Shown here: positions 13,890 through 27,487 of the stretch, in pieces | Position numbering within the stretch: position 1 is the stretch's first letter | Layout: each line of letters starts with the position of its first letter | Assembly (NCBI GenBank): GCA_046563655.1 | Contig: CM102289.1 | Span: 2,418,001-2,482,000 of the forward strand | DNA: 64,000 nt | Reading direction: 5' to 3' | From: Yuukianura sp. NJ FZ-2021 | Taxonomy: Eukaryota | The notes under the pieces: model-generated | What the model was told of the DNA's origin: nothing | Seen by the model: only the letters and a program-made list of their open reading frames with translations | The model's database searches: none | Translations under genes and position numbers: made by a program

Positions 13890-14486
13890 CCTGTCCATAT
13901 CAAATCTCTGATTTGGAGATTTTGGCATAACGCCATTATCTCTTTTGACATCGCCAAAAATATGGGTTTAATATCGGATGGTTGTTGCCCATACTGCCAC
14001 CAATCCAAGACTACTTCTTCGCACTTAGTCTTATGCAAGTCAACGAAACAATTGTGGGAATATGTTCATTCATTATTGCAAAAATCAAATTCAAAAGATC
14101 AGATATACGATAAGACTTTTGGTTGTAAGAATGATTTCGCGAACTATCTTATTTTTTGTGCAATAAGTATTTTATACAATAGATTTATCTACAATATTAA
14201 CTCTGGTAAAACTGATTTTGATATTTTAGGTAAATATAAGCAATTCTTGTTCCAATCAATTTATCTAAGTTTCCATAGTTATAAAAGTCAAAATGATTTA
14301 GCAGCATTTAGAAGCCTTTGGTCTGACGCAAAATTTATAGAAATTATACATAATACTGTTGAGATTAAGTTATAAATTTGTTTAATTTTCTTTATTCTAG
14401 TAATCGAATTTATTTATCTTAAGTAAATCCAATCCCATTTGCAAAATTTTGAATTGAATAAATCATCGAAGTATCAAAAAAAAAAA
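13890..14486 (+). mobile_element. 5'-truncated L1/Tx1-clade non-LTR retrotransposon (ORF2 C-terminus)
   Basis: Open frame 13890-14375 reads PVHIKSLIWRFWHNAI...CPYC-x7-H-x3-C...QLW (zf-RVT-like zinc knuckle). AATAAA at ~14457, then an A11 tail. TSD AACTACTT at 13882-13889 and 14485-14492. Confidence 0.8.
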
Positions 14487-17208
14487 CTACTTTTAAATCC
14501 ACCTTGGTTTTACTCAAAATGAAAAAAATGATTGATTTTGAGGGAGTGATGTGTTTTTTTTTTAAATTTTGCAACATACTTTTCATCTCAGAAGCACTAA
14601 GAGCTTGTCTAAAGCTTTCTATAAAATCTTATAAACCTCGTAGCTCTTGGCGAAACAGTTGCAGCAGTGGAGGTGAAGCACTTGTCAAACTCAAAGTAAG
14701 AATACAAAGGGAAGAGGGAAATTGAAGTCTCTTCTGTTTTCTGTTCTTCAAAGAAAAACCCTACAGCAAACCAGAAGATGGAAGTTATTTTTACCTGGTT
14801 CAAAAAAAAAAGAGAAAAAGCAGGAGATTTACAATATTTGAGACATGGGAAGCTTTTCCGGATGATTTTCATTGTTGTCTTCTCTTCAAAGAATTTGTGA
14901 ATTTCAAAAAAGAATACAAAAGCATGTAGGCGGGCAATTTGTACTTTCCGGCTGAACAGCATGCACAATAAACCCGGACGCTATTATTCTCTATTCTTCG
15001 AAAATTATGCTCAGCGATACGGTGAACTTTGAATACTATGTATTCAAATTCATTTTTTTAAAATAGGACAAAAGTTAAAAAAAATCTAAACTGCATGACG
15101 TTAGTTGCTCACATATTAAAACTTAGTAAATGCAACTGAAAGCAAACTCACAAAAATTTCTAAATTATAGATTCTTGAAACTCCTACTGTATACCTTATT
15201 AAAAAAAATTGTTAAGACATTGGCACTAGGATCATGGTTAAGAAAGTGCAACACATACTAGCTGCCTCTCTTTGCTCATGAATTACGACACTGTCGTTTT
15301 TGTCTATCTGCCCTGCCGATGCTTCGGTGAATACAAAGTTATAAAATTGAAAGTTAGGCAGAGAAAGTAGTAAAATGCAGTGAAGGAAGCTCGTTAGCTT
15401 TCAGCCCAGTTTGACGCTCGTTCACTTGACATTTTCTCATTTTACTTAGAAAAAGGTGACAGGAATTTATAATGCTGCTGAACAGTGTGCAAATCGTTAA
15501 GCAGCTTATCGCAGGCCAGTAAAGAACGGAAAATCAGATCAACAAAGTATAGAGCCGTTGTTAGTCATTCAATAGGCGCAAAAGTGAAAGGCTTTGAACC
15601 TTAATGAAGCTTAACCTAAACTTCAAAAGATAGTTTTTGAAAGAAAAGTCTCAATCGAGCCAAACTGTTACAAAAGTAGATGAGACAACAGGTGCTGGTA
15701 ATCGCCGTTTCTGTAGAGTTGAAAATTGCTGCAATTTATTTTATTGATGTTATGGCCCCGGCATCTTTGCAATTTCTTTATTAGATTTACGGATCTTAAT
15801 TCCAGAAGAATCCATAATACTAATGAGGAGATGTAAGTCCGCGTCTTAATATTTACGGATTTCTTTGTTTACTCGGTAATGGGGATGTTTGGTTGTACCC
15901 ATAAGTTGGCAAGTTTTAGAAATGTTCTTTACCAGAGGCAAGCAAGATATACGGAAAAATTTCAAAATACTGTGATAGCAATTCGTGGCAAGATTTTAGT
16001 TATTTCTGATTTGCCTGGAGCTCTTGAGGAAAAAATTTATTGTGTTGGATTTGAAATTTTTTAAAAGTTCAGGTCTTTCTGGAACTAGAGTTCTTCCATC
16101 TCGTTGAGAAACTATATGTCACGCGCTTTAAAAAAAACAAAAGTTGCAAAATCCGGGAAATTAAATTTTTGGATTTTTTGAAAACTAGGCACAGGCACAG
16201 CGAAACAGGCACTTTTGTGCCCCCATGGCAGATCACATTGGAGTGATGCCCAGAACCTGGTCACTGGTCTCTCTCCCATTGTTGATTTTCGTGGAGCGTT
16301 AAAGGCGAGATGGAGGAAGATCCTTTTTATATGAAATAAATCAATGGGGATTTATTTTAAAAAACGCAATCTGCATTGTTAATCAGTGGCTATAAATCTG
16401 TCAAATGAGAGTTGGAATGCCGGAGTTGTGTAAGTTGATACAAGACGAGGGAGATGAGTCTCTTAAAAAAAGCATCCATGACAAGGGTCAACTCTGCGGG
16501 ATGTCTCTCTTCCAGGATCATCTTCTGGTCCAACATGAAACAAAAAGCATTAGTGAAATTTGTCGAACAAATTGAGGAAGTGGAGACTTTATTGTAGGGC
16601 ATGTGCTTTCGAGTTAAGTTGAGTGCTTTGTTCATAGGTGATCAAACGAAAAACCTTAACTGTAATTATGATTGTGTAACGGGTCTTGAGGAGCGAAGCC
16701 CCGGCAAGCATGCGATGCAGTCTGGTTTTTATTAACGTAATAAACAATTAAGGCAATGAAATTCTTTTTCTCTAAGCCACAAAAATTCGGCGCAAAGGCA
16801 TTACCACCAACAAAAGTCGTCACAACTTTTATTTATAAAAATAAATCAGCCTGTACAAATACATTTTCTAAGAAAAAAGCACACATTTCTACTGTTCTAC
16901 TTTTCTTATCCGGAGAAATTTGTGGCAGAAGCCGCACCACCATATTTGTACAGTAAATTTTCTTGTGGTATTAGGAGCTCTGCCCAAATAGTTACTTTGC
17001 TCAAACAACATTGTGTGTTTTGAGCATGAAAATACTTGAAATGCATGAGCATGTATTAATGTTAGAGAAACCAGGAGCTTATAGCTTTCGAACGTGGTCT
17101 TAATGTTAATACATTACAGTATTTGGTCAGATAGGTTGAGATGACCCCCTTGGGACGTTATTAAACAATACTAGTTTCCAGAAAATTATGATTTTCATAT
17201 AAAATAGA

Positions 17209-17674
17209 GTCCAAGGCCCGTAGGCCGGGGGGACTAGAGCTCCGGCTCTATCCTACTAACACCTTGGACGGGCGCGGGTTCGAGTCCCGGCGTCGCCGAC
17301 ACGAAAGTCGTTTTCCAGAAATGGTTTTTCCACTTTCCTAGCCCAGATGGGGTGTTCGGATGATAGGTCAGTTTGGGGGTTATGGGTGCGTGTGAAGAGG
17401 TCAGTAGTTGCTGTTGTGGAGGGGGTCGTGGGCCGGTATGCGTACGATGCTGTTCCTGTCACTTGCCTGGAGCTGTGATATGTGGTAGGGCCCTAGCCCG
17501 TTCAGCTCTAGCAGAAAGCCTTTCGTCCTTCCCTCAGAACTTCTCGCCAACTATCTGACTGTACCACCGCCCCACCTCATAGGACCTCAACCCAACCCAG
17601 AAATTCCCTAACCCTTGTTGATAGAGCATATGCTAAAGTCAATAAACCCCGCAAAAAAAAAAAAAAAAAAAAAA
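17209..17674 (+). mobile_element. tRNA-derived SINE with poly(A) tail
   Basis: GC-rich island with an A-box-like TAGGCCGGGGGG (17221), a B box GGTTCGAGTCC (17277-17287), AATAAA (17641) and a ~22-nt A tail. 12-bp TSD ATATAAAATAGA at 17197-17208 and 17675-17686. Confidence 0.85.
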
Positions 17675-20374
17675 ATATAAAATAGAACCCTGCTGGTGAA
17701 GTATGACAGTTCAAACACACCACGCCAAAAGACGCTGCATTCAAAAGCGGCTAACGTAAAAACAAACCATCCTGAACTTAAAATAGTAAAGCAACGTTCC
17801 AATTACCATTCGATTTGAAAGATTAAGTCAGATTGGGTTATTTTAGGATCAAGCGGTTTTTGAAATCAAAAATTTTCTTATAACGTCGTTTTGCATGTAC
17901 TGCAATATTTTTTGGTTTTTGGTGAGTGGCGCGTTTGGTTTCGCCCGTTTTGTCCTGGAGCAACTAAACTAGTAGCATACACATGAATCATTCGGTTTTA
18001 GATTTGACAGCACGGCTTTTAGTACACCCTAAATCTGTGGTTTCGCCTACATTTTCTCAATTCAAAATGAACTTATACATGTAGAAAAGGCATTGAAGAA
18101 AAAGCAGCCGAATTCGTATTCGAAGTGATTCCAAATTTGGGATTGTTCTTGGAAATGGAGCTTTGAAGCATAAAATTCTTTTGTTTTTGTCTAATTAGAA
18201 AAGTGAGGAAAAGTCTTCTTAAATTAGAGAAAGAACGAGAGAAAGTGGTGCGGATTTTCTCTTGTTCTGTCTTTGTTTTAATGGCAAACTGAAAAAGTTT
18301 TTAGTTAGACTTAATTTAAGTTACCGCCGTCCTTTTGTACACAAAACTTTCGTTGTGCTCAGGTGCTTTTGAAATCAACCGCGGATTACAACTTTCATTG
18401 TGTTTCATTTTCATTTATACGGAACAGAAAAAATAATCATATTAATACCTATGTAAGCTAACTTCATATTTTTAAAGAAATATATAAATGACAAAATTTA
18501 AAGAAATATATGAATAATTAAATATACAAAGAAAGTATAAATCACAAATGCTTTTACACAAAGGCCATGCTCCAATTTTGTAACTCTTTTTATGTCACAA
18601 ATTGGTTTTTTTTTCTGAAAAGTTTGAATTCTAAAATGTCGAACCGAAAGTTTGGCCTCTGATGGCCAAAAGCGTTTAATTTGGATGTCACCTTAAGTAT
18701 TAAACAACTTGGTAGTTTTTGTTTGGAAACTTCGTGGTGGTTAGTTCATTAAGCTACGTCAGAAAAAAAAACTTTTTTCCAAAGTGCCTCGAAGACACAA
18801 GAGATTCAAAACTTTTTTCTAAAAAAGTTTTCCCAAGTCCGCGTCGCCTACTTACTCGCTCAATTCCAATCGAAATTTATGGAAATGAAGTTCGGTTGGT
18901 GACATGTAATGCTCTGGCACACTTTTGCTTGGAATTGAATATTCGCACTTTTATGGTATTACAGCAAGAGGTCAAACCGCAAATCCTTCGGGAAAAACCT
19001 CACTACTGTCACTTCAAAGATGTTTATTTGCACTATGCCTTAAAAAGTTATTCTGGTGCTAAAAATATATTTCCGCGTTCCGGATCATTTTCAAATTTTT
19101 AATCATATCGCTTCCACCAAACTTCTAAAAACGAAATTGGACTTTTGGTATTTTATTTTAAGAACGAAGGTTTACTTATTGGTTGAAAACGTTCCCAGTT
19201 ATATGAAATTGTGAAAATTTATGATTCCCTGGATGTGTGAAAAGAATATTACTTCGTTGTCGTTGAATAAAAATTGACTCAATTCTATTCACGCGACGAT
19301 TTGCTAAATTACAGACAATATGAAAAATAACTATTAAGTGCTTAAAAATAAAATACTTACTTTATATTCAAACGCCACTGCACAGCCTCTTCATTAAAAT
19401 TTGTGAAACACAATGCAACCGAAATTCAGCAGAAGCAGTCGGTAATGTTCATTTCAGAACTTCTAAGGCGCCTTCCAAAATTTTGTGAGCAATACAAGCT
19501 AAAATCATCTCTACTCACAGTTAAGTCAGTGTCTCTATGAGTTTATTTACTTCCTGAATAGCTTTGATTTTTTCTGATGATCAGCTTTGATTGTTTTGGC
19601 ACATAACAGAAATTCCGGTTGAGGTTGTAAAACTTTATTGACTACTGTAAGTTTGGAATGTGTTGTCTGTCCGGAGTGTTAAACCCAACTGTTGGACCAT
19701 TGCAAAAGCAAAAGAGAAAGTGAAGGAGAAAGCTGGCTACCAAGATCAACGGTTTGCGATTACACATAACTAAAGGACCTTTTAGGGTGAATTATTTAAA
19801 GTAGGCTGTTTAAAAGTTAAACATGACATTTAAAAAAATACAAAAGGAGTTGCGTGCAAATGATTTTAATCAAGATGAACAATCAATAACATCAAAAACA
19901 AAGTTTTGAAATAGAAGGTTAGCTGGTAAAATGATCAAAAATTCTGCTGTACACAAACCCACGTGAAATAAGAATTTTAGGAATAAGCCGGACCGAATAC
20001 CTGACGAGATATACATTTGGTTTACGCTTTACTTGGTTTTGGATAAATTTGGTACAGTTTTTGTGGTAATTAAGAGCTACTGATTGATAGCTAACAAATA
20101 TTAAAAACTGAAAATACTTCTATACAGTGGTTAACATAAACAATCCCTACTGCCTTATAATGCTTAACATTCTATTTAAGTTAGGTATACATAATACGGA
20201 GTTCAATGTCTTTAGCATTGCAAACTTATAAAAATAAGTTAAGTAGACATTTTTAGAAAATAAAAATATGTTTAACTTTTGTTTTATTTACAATGTGGTA
20301 TGTCTCAACGTAGATCGCAATGTTTTTAAAACAAGTTTCGGCATTCAATTTCGACAGGCAGTTTATGAAGCAGT

Positions 20375-23300
20375 TTACAGCGTTGTTGTAGCCGAAGGCT
20401 GACGAGATTGTACTGACGTTTGAAGCCTGCCGAAGTGTTTTCTAGAACAAGTTTTACATACAAGTTTGAAAAGTTCAGCGCGAAATCTTTTGCCCATCAA
20501 GCAGTAGAAGAAGAAATTTGTAGAAGAGTTAAAGATGATTGGGACGCAGGAGAAGACATCGATGTCTCTTGGATCATAGCTTCCAGAAGACACAAAGTAC
20601 CACGTGATTACTCCATTTGCCAAATTGCACACCAGGAAACAGACGCTCACACTAAGCAACATGATTGTCAGTGCAGTGTTGTCGTCCTTTGTTTTGGTTT
20701 GCGACATGTCTCGACGACGCTTCGATGAACTGCACACCTAAATTCTTTTCTAAATTACTTACGGAATTTCAGTGTAATAAATTTGAACAATACCTTATAC
20801 AATATAGTTGCATTAAGGAAGCAGAGAATCGGAATTGGTATAGAGTACATGAATGCCGTCCAGAAAAAGCCATGATAGAATTTACGATATTCAACGTTTT
20901 GGAGTATACTTGGATGTGTATAATCACGGATCAAAAATGTTCCAATGTGGCGAATACGTGATCCCGTATTTTCGAACCATCGCGGGAAGTTAACAGCAAA
21001 TGCAATCAGAACAAAAGTTACACACAAACGAACAGCTTTCTTTTTGCTTGTCCATGTTCGGATCTTGAGAGGGTACATTACCGCTGCAAACCTTTCCAGC
21101 GTCAGCGCAACCGTGATGTAAACAGAAGCAGTGTAAACTAAAGAAGCAAACATAGTTCAAACTTTTTCCCACACTAATGTTTTCTTTGGTTGAAGCTAAA
21201 ATATTTGACAAAGCTTACTAGATTTCCACAACGGATAAATGAACCTGGACTGAACTGCTTCTAGTTGCATCAGTGTTAATATTGCATTATCGCCAAAAGA
21301 TTGTATCAACGGATACGTCTCAATTTGCCCCAGTTCAAGCGTATAAATTTCTGGAAATAGAGTTACCAGCTTGAATCCAAAAAGCGGCAAAAATGCTGCA
21401 AAGGTGACAAGAATCGTCAAGTCGAGTAGCGCAAGTGCAATCATCAAACAGCTTGTTGAGGACATCATTTCTTTTGTGGACAACACTGCCACTGAAATAA
21501 TGTTTCCTACAGTTCCAATAATGCTGACGCCCAGCATTGTAAAGATGTAAATGTTGTACCACTTGACTCCTTTGTCAATAAATACTTCCGGAAACTCTTC
21601 CGTACTCAGGCTGGAACCAGGCGGAGAAGCTGATACAGAAATATGCCACTCTCCGTATGTACCTCTTTCAAAACTTATTTCCATTCCGTCCATATGAGCC
21701 GAAATATTAAACAGGTTGAACAGTTTAACATTCCTGAGTCCAAGAACCTCTTCTTCATCTGTTATTACTTGAATAGTTGAAATTGAACTTTTCAAAATTT
21801 CATCCAAAATGACATCACCATCTTGCCTGAACAACGAAATTTCTTCTGTGTAGTCAAACACAAAGGAGAAGTTAGACACCAAGGATTGGTCGAGTATGCA
21901 GCGACTCAAATGCAATTGCTTCACTTCGTCAAACTGAAATAGTCGTGTTAGAATGATTTTGAAATTCGTAAGCGACAACGTCGCCAAGCTCACGTAGCTT
22001 GGCAAAAGTGACAGATCCAGAACATCCATTGGTTTTGTACTGTTTTTCTCGTAACCGATAAGCCTGATTTCGCTGAGCCCGTTCAATTTACGTAAAAAAT
22101 CGTATCCGCCTCCAACAAACTGAACGCAAAGCTCCACATTACGTAATGTGTTTGAACGAAATTCAACTCCTGAGAAATTTACAATTGCATTTTCCAAATA
22201 CAAGTAGTTCAATTTTTCAAATTCTACTGAGCCGTTGGCTTGTGAGAAATATATCAGTTCGGAATTTTCAATGATAAGCGACTCCAAGGAGTTCAAGTTC
22301 AGTTGGCTCAAATCGTATGTGGTACTTCCGTTTTTAAAAAATGCTCTCATCAGTTTCAAACTATTTCAAAAATGAAATTAGTTTATAGATTTCTGAAATA
22401 TGTAATGCATAAAAAAATGAGTGCTTACGTTGACACGTTGACAAGTTTTTTCAAGAATTCATCTGGAGTGCCATTAGTCATCAACGAGCTTTGGATTTTG
22501 AGCTCCTTTACATCATACCCATGAAATTTGGAAATGTCAATCACGGTTAGATCAGCGTCCAGTCGCGTATACGGAAACAGTTGTTGAGTATCGTACGGTA
22601 TGCGGTAGATGCTCAATTCGTTTCTATAGAAACTGAGTTTTCCGCCAACGGGGTCTTCAAAGTAAATCGAAAATTCCGGAGTAGCCTTCATGTTTTCAAC
22701 CACAGGAAAGAAAAATTGGTCCAAAAGATTGTTTGGGTTAGTGTCAGAGAAAGACCAAACACTGCGTTCAATATGAATGCGTACTAGATTCGTTTTCTTC
22801 CATTTTCCCTTGAATTCTCCATTCCAACTCACCCTTAGTAGATAAATTTTTTCAAGATTCGTTAGCATGCCCAACTCCTTAACAAAATTCGTCGGCACCA
22901 ACTCAAATTTATGCAATACGAGTGAAACAATGGCTGACTTGTTGCAGTGCACAATGTTTTCAAATATTTCGTAAGGATAATACTTCAACTGTCCACTCAT
23001 TTCCAACTCCACGTCACACTGCAAAAGTGTTCAGAGTTGAGTCCGATAACTCATAAAAAATGTAGGACAATGATATATACGTGAGGGGCACTAAAACCTG
23101 CACACCCAAAATTTGTTTCCATGGTAACAACTAAAAGTGTGGAGGCGACAACGTAACTTTTTGTTTGAAAACTTCGACTTTGATGCAAACCTTTCAGTTT
23201 GGGTTTTCTCGTGAAACCATTTTCCCCCCACAATTTAGCAAAATAAACAAAAACGTATTTTTGGTGTGTGCAGGTTTTCGTGCCTCTCACTGTATTATGT

Positions 23301-23422
23301 AAAAAAAAAATTACCGGTATGTCGCCAGAATTCAGTCTAGTTATTGCATCCGTCAATTCAATCGAACAAATTGCAGCCATCACAAATATTACTCCGGTAA
23401 AACTCACTCTCTTGTACGCCAT
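20375..23422 (-). CDS. GPCR with signal peptide, ~500-aa LRR-like ectodomain and FMRFamide/peptide-receptor-like 7TM (848 aa, 5 exons)
   Basis: Exons 23422-23315, 23018-22429, 22360-21219, 21137-20794 and 20737-20375 join in frame via GT-AG (2547 nt). 7TM motifs: GTVGNIISVAVL, LALLD, TASVYITVALTLERF, NFPRWFE, NSSTNFFFYCLMGKRFR. The N-terminus has repeated LxxLxL motifs. Confidence 0.85.
23080..23292. mobile_element. Tc1/mariner-type MITE, copy A (intron 1 of the LRR-GPCR)
   Basis: TA-flanked, with TIRs C(A)GTGAG...AAAACCTGCACAC / GTGTGCAGGTTTT...CTCACTG. Homologous, in opposite orientation, to 42489-42699. Confidence 0.8.
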
Positions 23423-24124
23423 GTTATAGTTTAGGAAATACAAAATACTTTATATACTTTAATTTATGTAAAAGTGTGAAAATTAGTAGTAAAAAGAATT
23501 TGAGTGACAGAAAATGGTTTAAGGAAATTTTATGGTCAGGTTGACTATCGATATGACAAAGGAATATTTAAAGAAATATTAAAGTTAGGAGTATTTCTGT
23601 AGCTTAATGCTCGTAAACTTAAAAAAATGCGAAAATAATTGAGCTAATGATCCGACAACCACAAATGCCGTTATCTTGGGAATCTTTAAAAGGAAAAGAT
23701 TAAAATTTAATTAATTTAATTAAGACATTTAATTAAAACTAATATGTAAATTTATCCTCGTAATTTATGCAAGGAACAAGGAATGTGTGGATTTATTAGC
23801 TGTCAATTGCTAACTTATGCTAACGCAGCATAACGTAAAATTTACACTATTCCCACATTTTAATGTAAAAACATTTTCAAAACATAAGACGCTCTTAAAA
23901 ATAGTTACAAAATACAATTTACATGTTTTCAAACCAATCCTTACTTACTATAGGTGCTTTAATAAACAGTCATTTTGGTACAAATATAGTCTTACAAGTT
24001 TACATTTGTGAATAATCAAAATCGGAAGGCTGTTGCAAAAATTGACCAAGTTTGAAATAGATTTTGGCCCTGTTAACGTAGATCATGCTCAGCGAAGTGC
24101 TCGATCACTGAGTGAGTTTTGATA

Positions 24125-25055
24125 TCAAAATTCGTTTTTTTCTTCTTCTTTTCCTTCAAAAGGATTTAGCATCGTAAAATATTCGGAAATATTCAGTATC
24201 CAACTATTAAAATTGGACTCCAATCGAGCATAGTCCCCTCTGAAAAAAAAAAAACTGAACGTGTTACAGACAATTTGAGTTGTAAATACAGAGTTTAAAG
24301 TATTACTTGATGGCATTCGCAGAAGTTTGTACTTCGTTTAACACACGTCTGCACTCTGCCAATTCTTGATCCTTTTCGTCATTTTGACGACGCAGTTTCT
24401 CCAATTCCATTTGTATAGGTGATGGTCCCACGACATCTTCCAAGTCCTCATCACCTAACGGATAAATCCTGCGCAAATCACCACCCGGACCCGATACTCT
24501 CTTATTGCAGTATGGACAACCGTCTCTACAACAAAAATCGCCAGAGAGAAACAGAAATAAAAAAGTGATGTAAAGTAAGAACTAAAATCAGAATCTGAAT
24601 TTGTCAGAATGAACAAAGGGTGGCATACCTGCGTTTAATCCATTTCTTTAGGCAGTATCTACAAAATTGTACAACATTTAAGATTTTTTTAGCATTAAAA
24701 AAACGATTCAAGTTGAACACGGGTGTTTAAAAATCATGTCTCAATTTAAAATAATTTTTTTTCTGATTGAAATAAGTTCACCGCTTAAGTTTGTCCTAAA
24801 ATTTAATTTTTTGATAAAATTTTTTACAGAGCAAAAAGACGTGACCCTTTCGACACCCGAGGAATCAACTTACGGTTGGATATCAGAATTGTGTGCTCAT
24901 GTAAAAAAAACTTACTCATGTTGAGCATGTCCACATTTCGGAACAACGACTTTGGCACTTAATGTACTCTTACGGTGTCCATCCCAGTCAGCCTCTTTTC
25001 CTGGTATAGGATTCGACGTAAGTGATTCGCGACATATGATACAGATGATACTCAT
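24125..25055 (-). CDS. RING-H2 plus coiled-coil protein, copy 1 (TRAIP-like architecture), putative E3 ligase
   Basis: Four exons give MSIICIICRESL...KCGHAQHEYCLKKWIKRRDGCPYC, followed by a heptad-like segment ELEKLRRQNDEKDQELAECRRVLNEVQ. Confidence 0.8.
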
Positions 25056-25982
25056 TTTCCAAACACAAAGGCATTCAAGAATTTCGAAATATTTTGATGA
25101 GAAAGCGATTTGTTGCGTAATGTGAGGAAGCCGTCTAATGTGACTAGCCCAATCACACGAGAGAATGCAAAGTCTGGCAGCAATTTCACCGTACTGAGAT
25201 CAACGGAGATCAACTGAAAAATGAGACATTTTCCGCTGTTAAGTTTCAACTGTACTAAACTTTGTTTACAAACAAAACGTACTTATGATGCAGGTTGATA
25301 TAGTTTACAATGGAACACGATACACGAATATTTATAGGTCTATAGTAGACGTCACAAGCACTATATGTAAAAAACCGAAAGCCATCAACCACGAGTCACA
25401 CTAATCCTCGGAAAGTGTGCACATTGACTCAATATTTCGAAACTTGTACTAAAGTTCCTAATTTTGATTATACGCAACCGATTAAATGAATTTGGTCTCA
25501 TTATGGGATTTAGACAATTATTAATCATTGAAAATTAACTACGTTACTATGTAATTATAAACTACTACCAATTATATTTGAAAGATGTAGTAGCATCCCT
25601 GCTATGTGAATAAGTGAATTTATCCATGTAAATTATGTAAGGAACAAGGAATATGGATTTATTTCCTGTCAATTGCTCACTTATGCTTAAGTCATATTCA
25701 AATTTTGCGTATTCGCTTCAACTTAAATATTAAAGTTCAATTGTACAATCACCATTGTTACAAATCATTACAAAATACAATTTAAAAGTTATAATCGATC
25801 ATTTATCAAACCAATCACTATTTACTAAAGGCGCCTTATTAGTACACAGTTATTTTGGCACAAAATAGTCTTACAAATTTGCATTTGTTAATAATCAAAA
25901 TCGGAAGGCTGTTGCAAAAATTGGCCAAGTTTTAGGTAGATTTTGCCCTTTTAACGTAGATCATGCTCAGCGAAGCGCTCCA

Positions 25983-26905
25983 TCACTGAGTTTTGATGTT
26001 GAAACTCGTCGTTTCTTCTTTTCCTTCAAAAGAACTCATCATAGCGTCGTAAAATATTCGGAAATATTCAGTCTTTAAACTATCAAAATTGGCCTCCAAA
26101 CTAGCATAGTCCAGTCTGAAAAAAACTTAACGTGTTACTGACAATTTGAGTTGTAAACACAAATACAACGTTTAAAGTATTACTTGATGGCATTCGCAGA
26201 GGCTTGTACTTCGTTCAAAACACGTCTGCACTCCGCTAATTCTCGATCCTTTTCGTCATTTTGACGACGCAGTTTCTGCAATTCCAATTCCATATTTATA
26301 GGTGATGACCCCACGACATCTTCCAAGTCCTCATCACCTAACGGATAAATCCTGCGCAAATCGCCACCCGATACTCTCATATTGCAGTATGGACAACTGT
26401 CTCTACAACAAAAATCGTCAGAGAGAAACAGAAATAAGAAATTGGTTCAAAAAGTGATGTAAAGTAAGAACTGAAATTAGAATTTTTCATCATGACCAAA
26501 GGGTGGCAAACCTGCGTTTAATCCATTTCTTTAGGCAGTATCTACAAAATTGTACAAGATTTAACATTTTTTAGCAATTTTTTTTAAATGATTCAAGTTG
26601 AAGACGGGTGTATCAAAATCACGTTTGAGTTTAAAAAAGATATTCTGATCTGAATAAATTCGGCGAATTAGTTTTCCTTAAAAGTAATTTTTTTTTTGTA
26701 AAACATGATTGAAGTCCGAGAAGAAAAAAAGACGTGACTTCGCCACACCCGAGAAACCAACTTACTCATGTTGAGCATGTCCACATTTAGGAACAACGAC
26801 CTTGGCACTTAACGTACTCGTATGGTGTCCATCCCAGTCTTCCTCTTTTCCTGGTACAGGATTCGACGTAAGTGATTCGCGACATATGATACAGATGATA
26901 CTCAT
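25983..26905 (-). CDS. RING-H2 plus coiled-coil protein, copy 2
   Basis: Same four-exon structure and RING-H2 ligands as copy 1. Ends ...FEGKEETTSFNIKTQ*. Confidence 0.8.
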
Positions 26906-27188
26906 TTTCTAGACACAAAGGCATTCAAGAATTCCAAAATACTTTGATGAGAAATTCGGGATTTGCTGCGTAATGTGGGGAAGCCGTATAATGTGACTAA
27001 GCCAAGCACACGATGGAATATAGAATGCCAAGTCTGGTAGCAACCTCAAAGTGCTGAGATCAACGGAGGTCAACTGAAAAATGAGGCATTTTTCGCTGTT
27101 AAGCTTCGCTTCAACTTTACTAAACTTTGTTTACAAAAAAACGCACTTGATGCAGGTTGATATACCAGGTAGGTAGCTTACTTACAAT

Positions 27189-27487
27189 CAGAGATGTAAA
27201 TAGCCGGTTCGCCGAACTTTCGAACTGCGCTGGCCTTGTGAAAAATTGCCTCGAACCGAACCGAACTGCGCTTTGCAATTTCCCATCGAACCTCGAACCT
27301 ATTTTACCTTATGGGGGTCGGTTCGCGGGCGCAGTTCGGTTCGATCATTTCTATCTCGCACCCCGAACCGCGCCGAACTTAAACACAAAAACGTCCTCCT
27401 CGACCCGAACCGCGCCGACCCGAAGCGCGGGCGCAGTTCGATGATTTCGCGCCCTAAAGTTCGGCGAACCGGGAATTTACATCTATG
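27189..27487. mobile_element. hAT-type MITE
   Basis: TIRs CAGAGATGTAAAT...ATTTACATCTATG with subterminal CGAAC/GTTCG repeats. 8-bp TSD CTTACAAT at 27181-27188 and 27488-27495. The paralogous site in unit 1 (~25304-25311) is empty. Confidence 0.9.

Noticed and set aside
17209..17300. Functional tRNA gene
   Set aside because: The acceptor and anticodon arms do not pair canonically, and the sequence continues into a body with poly(A) and a TSD, so it is a SINE head.
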